From Octopus bimaculoides (Eukaryota), in NCBI RefSeq assembly GCF_001194135.2, contig NC_069003.1:29314867-29348242 (forward strand): a stretch of DNA of 33,376 nt, in the 5' to 3' direction. Made by a program: the position numbers and the translations under genes. How positions within the stretch are numbered: the first letter of the stretch is position 1; each line of letters starts with the position of its first letter. Below, in pieces: positions 24,688-33,376 of the stretch. A model generated the notes under the pieces. That model worked only from the letters and a program-made list of their open reading frames with translations, had not been told where the DNA came from and did no database searches.

Positions 24688-25915
24688 NNNNNNNNNNTCG
24701 CTACGTTCTGAGTTCAAATTCCGCGCGCACACACACACACAAACACACACATGTATACACACACACACATGCATACACACACACACATGCATACACAAAT
24801 ACATAACGGCACTTTCAAAGATAGGGCTCTGCACTCATACAAGCATATATATTTTCTTACATCCCAAACAATACACACACACACACACACACCAATACGC
24901 ACACATACACACACACACACACACACATACACACAGTCACACTTAACGACGCTCTCAAACCTAGGGATCTCCACTTATACACGCATATACACATATTTAT
25001 TTAGAAACATCCCAAGCTATTCGCGAACGCATACACACAAACACAGACACACATACACATACCTTCTCTTCGCACACACACACACACATACACACTAGTG
25101 CATACCATTACATTCTCTTTTCGAAAGATTCTTTATATTCTTTAAGCACACCTGTTTTGACTGACACCTGTAAATATCATCTGTCCTTCCTCTAATACTT
25201 ATCGTTCTCGTTTTGACCGCTACTGAAACTTTATGTTGCAAACACCTACGTACACCTACCCGCTGGAGCATACAAAAATTGAGAGACAGAGAGATAGGGG
25301 TGCGGAGAGAGGGAGTGAGAGAGGAAAAGAGAAAGAGAGAGAAAAAAAGTCATGCTGGTTCTCTTACCTTACTATCCACTTTCCTCTCAATAATCACAAA
25401 TGTTGTCCACCCTTCCATTTTCGTTTTACACCACCTGCGTCACGTCTAAATTTTTACCTACTCACCACAATTATTTCTTATCGGTGGATTTCAACAGCTT
25501 TTTAATAGCTTTTTATCGTTTCTTTTTCCAGGTTTTTGCCAGTTTCTTACAATCATCTGAACACTTCGTTTAACTTTCGAAACCTTTTACAATTGCTGTA
25601 TGATATTTATCTTTTATTTCACATTTCATCACCGGACTACTTTTTCAAGTTATTTCTTAAACATTCCCTCTATGTTAAAATAACTTCATCATATTCCTCT
25701 TTTGTTATATACACTTGCGCATATAATAATAACATCTTCGATATTACGTTCGCCATTCCATTTAATTCACCATTATTCTCTGAATCTCATACACACTCTT
25801 ACCCTCTCACATACATGATTTAACATCATCTACATATCGATTACACACATGTACATACGCCATCATACATTACACTTACACATAGGCCATTCATCCCCAT
25901 TATGTTTGCTTACAG

Positions 25916-25951
25916 ATGCAGAGACACTGTTATACTCCAATTTACGCCAAG
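25916..25951 (+). CDS. Candidate 36-nt symmetric micro-exon (phase-1 reading DAETLLYSNLRQ)
   Basis: tatgtttgcttacag|ATGCAG...GCCAAG|gtaaga. Good acceptor and donor, 36 nt, all three frames open. Gene unidentified. Confidence 0.35.
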
Positions 25952-27016
25952 GTAAGAAACTTCCAGCATTGTTTCTTTCCCTCCCGTTGTTATCATTCAG
26001 CTATTTTTCAAACATTCTCCGGTTTCTTTCTTTTTTCCTGATGAATGACTAATATCCGAAAGGCTTAAAATATTTCTCTCTACAACGTTAAGGTTTACTT
26101 TTCAAACTTTGCTGCACTTATGTTGTTATTTGTATTGTTAATTGTATTTTCACAATGAATGTGTGTGCTTGTGGTATGAGTGTGTGTATGGGAGGGGGAG
26201 CACGTGCGCATGCGTGTGTAGAGATATGCTTTCAAAGACTTTAGTATCCACAAAGAAGAAACATAATACGACAATATTGAATGAATGAGCGTTTGATATT
26301 GAATATTTACAATAGTCGACTTTGCTTCAACCGATCGAGATATCACTGTATAACTGCGACGACCAGACCCCGAGGACTGAATCGAAACCAGGTGCCAGAA
26401 AGAAGGAAGCGAATTATACCTAGTTCAGCTCTCGAATGATTTTGATTAATCAAAGCGCTCAATGCTAACCCTTGCTTGTTAGTTCTTTCATTGAATCTCT
26501 CATGATACATGATACATGGAAGTCGGCGTGGATAGATTTGTTCGAGATGAAACGTTTACGTGTAGCCACCTCCCATATGAGTGAAGAGGCACAAAGTGCC
26601 AGCCTCTCATCTGTCACCTTCGCTTATATCTTATATTCAGGCAATTGTTGATGAAGCTCTTCGTATTTCGATAATTTCTCAACAGCGCAACCACTGCTTG
26701 GCTTCCAGTCGATGAAACCCTTCGGTTCTGTTGCCAACTGCAGTTGACATCTGTTGATACAATTCCAAAGGACGCTGCTATACGAAAGTTAGAGAAACCA
26801 AATAATATAATTTACACCCCACGCAGAGAACCATAATTTTCCGAATTTGGACGTCTGTTGCTGCTTTATGCAACACTCCTCTTCCATTACAGCATTATTA
26901 TTCCCACCAATCATGTCGCTACCTCCTAGAATATCCACCTGTAAAGTGAAGGACCAGGAACAATGACAACAATGATAAAATGAATGACGAGGAGCAGAAA
27001 TTTAGGTGCAACACTA

Positions 27017-27136
27017 AGAGATTCACCGCACCATCAAAAATCAAACAAAACTTATGGACACTACCACCACCACGACAGAGATTCACCACATCATCAAAAA
27101 TTGAACAAAAATTATGGACACTACCACAACCACTAG
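27017..27136. repeat. 60-bp tandem duplication (2 copies)
   Basis: agagattcacc...cacgac (27017-27076) and agagattcacc...cactag (27077-27136); exact period 60. Confidence 0.95.
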
Positions 27137-27339
27137 TGGATAGAAGCAAGTATGAAATAATACTTACTGGCCAAAGAAAACCAAGAATTAAAAGTTTGTG
27201 ACACAGTGTAATAAATTGCAATACAGGTCATTTTATAACAGTTAGACAAAAGAAACCTTGTAGTTTGAAAAGCAATTTGCCAACACAAAAATGAAAAGAG
27301 TTGTTTCTTAGTTAGGCGCAACCTCAACAATCAGAAGGA

Positions 27340-27510
27340 GCAGCGTAATCGATATCATCGATCCCATCACTTGACTGGTACCTCATTCTAACAAAGTAGA
27401 AATAATGAAAAGCGAACTTCACCTTGGTAGTCATTGAACTCAAAGCGTAACGAGTCCGGAAAAACACCACAATGCATTTTTTCTTTAATAATCCTGCCAG
27501 CTCGTCGACT
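27340..27510 (-). mobile_element. Degenerate family A SINE
   Basis: gtaatcgatatcatcgatccc...actggtac...ttgaactcaaagcgt...ctgccagctcgtcg. Confidence 0.65.
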
Positions 27511-28084
27511 TTCTCTCTGCAACTAATGACGTTTCACGTTGTCATAAATCCATACATTTGCAGAGGTAGGAGCAGCTGATGTTTTTGACTGCGACTTATA
27601 TTATCGGTGAAGCAAAAGGAAAATGCATAAGTAGGATACGGTGGGAATTCCGCTCAAAAACGTAAAACAACATAATTAAATAACACACGTCTTTACACCA
27701 CCACTTTAGAGCTTCTACCATTTACTGTCCTTGTGATTTTATATAATAAGTGAACGCTATATAGTAAGACAACGCTCTGCGAAGAAAAATAACAGAAATA
27801 AATATATTGTCATCTTGTCATAAGAAATGTTATGTACTACATTATAAGTTCTTAAGAGTGGTCATCTGGGAGTTGATGTGATGAAATATTGAATGACATA
27901 AATCTGAGACTGTCGTCCAACATCATTTAATTTTATATATCTGGTTATCCCCTGGCACAAGATTCACTGAATAATTCTATCAGAGAACCTCTTTCAAGTA
28001 ATAGCATTTCCTTAACTAATGTTTCCAAAAGAATTCAAGGATAGTTTTATTACTATTATTAATATGAATGTTATTATTACTATT

Positions 28085-28106
28085 GTCATTGCTTTTGTTA
28101 TGTTGC

Positions 28107-28181
<75 letters not shown>

Positions 28182-28208
28182 TTTTGTTGTTGTTATTATT
28201 ATTATTCA
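28085..28208. repeat. (TTA)n microsatellite
   Basis: Seen directly. Confidence 0.97.
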
Positions 28209-29602
28209 TTACACTGCATATGTCATTACACTGACGCTATAATAGAGCATCACGTTTAAAGATTTTTCATTGATTATATGAAACCCATTTTTTGGGGGGT
28301 TCTTTTTGAGTGGGAAGGGGTTAGTGTTCTTTTTTATGGATATAAAAGGAGATATCTTGACGACCTCTAGAAACGCTTAGCCACCTTTAAAAATATTATG
28401 AATGTCAATTTTNNNNNNNNNNNNNNNNNNNNNNNNNNNNNNNNNNNNNNNNNNNNNNNNNNNNNNNNNNNNNNNNNNNNNNNNNNNNNNNNNNNNNNNN
28501 NNNNNNNNNNNNNNNNNNNNNNNNNNNNNNNNNNNNNNNNNNNNNNNNNNNNNNNNNNNNNNNNNNNNNNNNNNNNNNNNNNNNNNNNNNNNNNNNNNNN
28601 NNNNNNNNNNNNNNNNNNNNNNNNNNNNNNNNNNNNNNNNNNNNNNNNNNNNNNNNNNNNNNNNNNNNNNNNNNNNNNNNNNNNNNNNNNNNNNNNNNNN
28701 NNNNNNNNNNNNNNNNNNNNNNNNNNNNNNNNNNNNNNNNNNNNNNNNNNNNNNNNNNNNNNNNNNNNNNNNNNNNNNNNNNNNNNNNNNNNNNNNNNNN
28801 NNNNNNNNNNNNNNNNNNNNNNNNNNNNNNNNNNNNNNNNNNNNNNNNNNNNNNNNNNNNNNNNNNNNNNNNNNNNNNNNNNNNNNNNNNNNNNNNNNNN
28901 NNNNNNNNNNNNNNNNNNNNNNNNNNNNNNNNNNNNNNNNNNNNNNNNNNNNNNNNNNNNNNNNNNNNNNNNNNNNNNNNNNNNNNNNNNNNNNNNNNNN
29001 NNNNNNNNNNNNNNNNNNNNNNNNNNNNNNNNNNNNNNNNNNNNNNNNNATATATATATATATACACATACATGTATATATATATTTATATATAAAAGTA
29101 CATTCCTGTAAAATATGTATTTGAAGACTGTCAGAAAATACTTCATTGAGTACCATTTATATAATGATGTAAGAAATACAAAAAAATACATATAAGAAAA
29201 AAATATGAAAAAGAAAAAATATGAAAATGCAACAGCTTGTATATCTGTAGATATGGATGCATTAGCAGTCGGATTTTCAAGTGTTCTCCACGGATATAGC
29301 ATTTGCTGAACATAATTCTAGTAATTGTGTCTATGGAGAATTTAACCATTTTTCGAGCTTCGAATTTTTTAATTTTGATACTTCATATTTTAGTTCTAAT
29401 TAAACGTGTTGAATACTTACATGAATATTTTAAATTTACCTTCGAACTATATGGATATATATATGCATATGCGTGTATGTGTGTGTGAGTGTGTGTGTCT
29501 ATGCGCGCGTGTAGACGGGATGGGAAGTCAAATATCATCCGCTCTTTTTTTAGGCTGGCCGCAGTGCCTCAGCGCTTGCGTGTTTTGGTTACGGGTCCTG
29601 AT

Positions 29603-29788
29603 CATCGCTTGACAACCGATGTCGGTGTGTTTATGTCCACGTAACTGAGCGGTTGGGCAAAAGAGACCGATAAAATAAGTATTAGGCTTACACAGAATAA
29701 ATCCTTAAGGTCGATTTATTCGACTTAAAGGTGGTGCTCCAGCATGGCCGCAAGCAAATGCCTGGAACAAGTAAACGAGTAAAAGAGT
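29603..29788 (+). mobile_element. Family B SINE 3' body/tail
   Basis: catcgcttgacaaccgatgtcggtgtg...ggtgctccagcatggccgc...agtaaaagag; homologous to 6545-6727. Confidence 0.85.
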
Positions 29789-30011
29789 ACATAAATATAA
29801 TAAGTAGCGGCCAACCCAACGAATGTAAATACTTCTGCACAGAAACAGTAAGCGACGTTAAAGATGGATTCATAGCATAATTCTACAAGAAAGCTAATTG
29901 AAGAATGTGAACATCATTTTATTGAAATACACTTGGTTTTTGATAGATTTGTTCTATTGAATTGCCAGATATATTTCCAAATTCTTGCACACTGCATATG
30001 TGCATTCATGT

Positions 30012-30048
<37 letters not shown>

Positions 30049-30935
30049 TAAGAAAGCGGATATATCTGAAATGTGTAATATTAAAATGAAGTGTTGCATA
30101 TATGCCTGTTGAGAAATGAGAATTCTCCAGGGTTAATCTGCTTTTTGAAACAGATATTCTCTGTTTTAATATATTTCACATTTTGTATATTTTATGTCAA
30201 CATGCTCTTAGCCGATTCAAAACCTCAAGGAAATTATTACCTCACGGGGGACAACGGCCCACTGAGGCACCCTTTTCAATATATACCTATAAGCGTAACC
30301 CCATATGAGCAAAACTTTGCCTTGCATAAATGAGACTAAAATAATGTATTTGATGTTGTTAGAGAAATTATATTTCAAATAGGATTTTATGTCAATGGAA
30401 GCCAATTTCTGAACGTAATTTTAAGATTGAAGCTATATTATTTACATTACTCATATATTTCTATATTTCTACTACAATCCCCACCCATTCATGTTTTTTT
30501 ATTGTAACTCTTTCTACTTTTATCCATCAGATTCTTTAAACATACATGTGTCATTTCATTTGTAAATTAATATTCAAATTAAATACCAGTATATTAACAT
30601 GTTGCATTGCATATCTTCAATTTTATGTATAGCCATAATAAAAACATTTCTGATATGTTCAACCTCATGTAATTGCCTAAAGATATTGTTGATGTAATTT
30701 TCTTTTAAATTAAAAAAGAGAAACGGTCAATTTTCCACAAATTAACTAATACTAACAATGTAGAAAATGAAGGGCAGCAAAAAGAGAAAATATTGACAAA
30801 AAAACTTACTAAATGCAACGAATCAAAGAAGATTTCTTATATAAGGCATTTTTCAAATTTCTCCCGCTTTTACCTATCTTCTGTTTTTCGTCGTTTTCCC
30901 TTTAGTTAGTCGACATTGTTACTTATGTCGTGATC

Positions 30936-31013
30936 CTCCGTTGGTTACGACGACGAGGGTTCCAGCTGATACGATCAACGGAACAGCCTACTCGTGAAAT
31001 TAAATAAACGTGC
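30936..31013. mobile_element. Fragment of a third interspersed repeat (probable SINE internal domain)
   Basis: ctccgttggttacgacgacgagggttccagctgatacgatcaacggaacagcctactcgtgaaattaa matches a sequence I recall as a common Octopus repeat; single copy in this window. Confidence 0.5.
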
Positions 31014-31770
31014 CTAAATTCATGAATTGACAACCAGCTATTCTTATTTCTCATTTTTTCAGAAAAAATATATTACAGGAATCGGTGCTTCCTAGGGCTA
31101 AATAGCAGTAGTATTCTTCCTTTTCATGGGACTGTCACATTAAGTTGACAACATACCACCACTATATATGTATATATATATATATATATTTATCTATGAA
31201 TGTGTATGTATTTCGGGGTGCGTGTGTGATTAAGCGTGTGTGAGTGTGTTTGTGTGTGCGCGTATCTTTACTTGTGTGTATGCATGTAATTATGAAAATC
31301 TGTATGTGCATATATTTCTCATCACCATCATCATGTTTACGAACAAGCTGTGTGTTTTGTGTGGGATGATACTTAAAAGTGTATATAATTTTCTCGTGTC
31401 TGCCTGAATAGTTTCAGGTTACGGAGATCAAGGCAACAGACTAATAAGGAAAACTTTTGGAGACAATAATATATCATGTCTTATTGATCTCCGAATCTTT
31501 TCTCTTTGACTCTCTCTTTTTCCTCCTTTCTTTCTTTGTGGCTTTCTCTTTATTTAGCTCTGAAAGTTATATTGTCGTTTCAAGATTAGTGGTACTGCTT
31601 CTTGGCTGTACGAATTTTAATATCGTCCGTTTCTGGCCTATATCCAAATCTTACAACCAAGTTCAAATTTCCGTTTCCTCATTCTGGTCTCATCGATGAA
31701 ATAAATACCAGCCACTTACTGAGGTTGATCAAATCGGCTGTCTACTTTGCTCAATATTGAGGCGATGTTA

Positions 31771-31983
31771 AGGCGGTGAGCTGGCAGAATTGTTAACACG
31801 CCGGGCGAAATGCTTAGCGATATTTCGTCTGTCTTTACGTTCTGAGTTCAAATTCTGCCGATGTCGACTTTGCCTTTCATCATTTCGAGGTCGATAAATT
31901 AAGTACCAGTTGCGTACTGGAGTCGACCTAATCGACTGGCCTCCTCCCCTAAAATTTCGGGCCTTGTGCCTGGAGTACAAAAG
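31771..31983 (+). mobile_element. Full-length family A SINE flanked by an 18-bp direct repeat
   Basis: A/B boxes present; flanks aatattgaggcgatgtta (31753-31770) and aatattgaagcgatgtta (31984-32001), 17/18 identical. Confidence 0.92.
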
Positions 31984-32001
31984 AATATTGAAGCGATGTT
32001 A

Positions 32002-32158
32002 AAGCGGCGAGCTGGTAGAAACGTTAGTACGTCGGGAGAAATGCCTTGCGGTGTTTCGTCTGTCTTTACGTTCTGAGTTAAAATTCTGCCGAGGTCGACT
32101 TTGCCTTTCATCCTTTCGGCGTCGATAAGTTCAGTACCAGTTGCGTACTGGGGTCGAG
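32002..32158 (+). mobile_element. Second family A SINE, head-to-tail with the previous copy, 3'-truncated at (GA)n
   Basis: aagcggcgagctggtagaaacgttag...gcgtactggggtcga. Confidence 0.9.
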
Positions 32159-32235
32159 GGAGAGAGAGAGAGATGATTACAATAATGTTTGTGGCTGATT
32201 TGCAATTTTACAACTGAAAGGCAAAAATACAGAGG

Positions 32236-32400
32236 TCACTAAAGTGGCATTGGGCATTAGTCGGCACCAGTATTGCTAGATTGCTAGAAATGAGAGTCAA
32301 AACAACCCAATGGCCACGGCAAGCACTATCTTAATGACTGACAAGGGAGGCAAGCTACCAACAGCAGTGGATATAGTGAGATCATCGAAGATTTCGTATT
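32236..32400 (+). mobile_element. Possible RTE-clade LINE C-terminal remnant
   Basis: SLKWHWA...IARL...TTQWPR resembles the RTE motif LKWxWAGHVARxxxxRWTxxxTEWxPR. Degenerate. Confidence 0.35.
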
Positions 32401-32634
32401 TTAATGCTTCAGCATCAATGGCTCTCGCCCCGCCTAGGGTTAAACTCAGCTCGCCTTGTCATTTCAAAAGATATCCGTGAAAATTACAAATAATATGGGC
32501 GGGTTATTCGAAATAAATGTGGTGTTTGTGTGTGTATGTGTATGTGTGTGTACATGCCTGTCTGTATGTATACGAGTCGGTGTAAGTGTGCATATATGTG
32601 TATGCCGATATGTATCTACCGATCGATGCATGCG

Positions 32635-32696
<62 letters not shown>

Positions 32697-32833
32697 CATA
32701 TATGTGTGTGTGTGTGTGCGTGTGTGTACGCACATTCATACATATATATATGTATACACATACACACACATATATATATATGTGTATATCATATATGTAT
32801 ACACGTCATGTAGATATATAAATATCCGTATGC

Positions 32834-32868
<35 letters not shown>

Positions 32869-33178
32869 CGTGTTTGCGTGAGAGATAAAGAGAGAGAGGG
32901 GGAGATAACCACATATACCCATCCCTAGCACTAAAATGAACCAGAGCATCACTATAATTAGCATTAACATCACGCTTTCGTTTTTCACATTCGTTTTGCA
33001 CCGAATTAATAGATGTAGATCTTCAAATGATATCTACACCGTCATTTAATGAGTGTCATTAGCTTCTACTAACATCTTTATGACATACGTTGCGTTTCTT
33101 TTCTCCTGATCCTCACATCTATTCAAACGAAAAAAAAAATAATCGAGTCATTTTGACGTCGGTATTTTTATAGAAACA

Positions 33179-33376
33179 CGTATGGAGCTCTCATTAATTC
33201 GTATGGAGCTCTCATTAATTCGTATGGAGCTCTTATTAATTCGTATGGAGCTCTCATTAATTCGTATGGAGCTCTCATTAATTCGTATGGAGCTCTCATT
33301 AATTCGTATGGAGCTCTCATTAATTCGTATGGAGCTCTTATTAATTCGTATGGAGCTCTCATTAATTCGTATGGAG
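33179..33376. repeat. 21-bp minisatellite (CGTATGGAGCTCTCATTAATT), about 9.4 copies, truncated by the window end
   Basis: Perfect copies except for a C>T variant in units 3 and 8. Confidence 0.98.

Noticed and set aside
24660-24725. 28-bp direct repeat on both sides of a 10-N gap
   Set aside because: Contig-overlap artefact of scaffolding, not a biological duplication.
25368-25434. Minus-strand WCKTKMEGWTTFVIIERKVDSK, loosely like a fibrinogen-domain GGWTVIQRR motif
   Set aside because: Weak acceptor, poor match, and no other fibrinogen-domain exons nearby.
26640-26790. EKLSKYEEL on the minus strand, similar to the restriction-like endonuclease EKxxKYxxL motif of R2/R4-type LINEs
   Set aside because: The upstream catalytic motif is not recognisable; a single short word.
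33179-33376. CRISPR-like appearance of the short partly palindromic repeat
   Set aside because: Repeats are contiguous with no unique spacers, and the context is eukaryotic.

Overview
Eukaryotic, AT-rich, repeat-dense scaffold sequence with seven N-gaps. It is most likely intronic or intergenic DNA from an octopus (coleoid cephalopod). That assignment is an inference from the extreme microsatellite density and from tRNA-derived SINEs that match, from memory, common Octopus families. No complete host gene is recognisable, and almost all ORFs in the supplied track are microsatellite or N-gap artefacts. Well supported: an internally deleted Helitron (Rep fragments, PIF1 helicase, intact 3' hairpin and CTAG end), a deleted mariner, a Penelope-like GIY-YIG remnant, many SINE copies (two with candidate target-site duplications, several in head-to-tail pairs), a 48-bp-arm inverted repeat, a 60-bp tandem duplication with a His-rich reading frame and a 21-bp minisatellite. 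Weaker: hAT and RTE remnants and a few isolated candidate exons. I cannot demonstrate a novel biological system; the best leads are listed as testable hypotheses.
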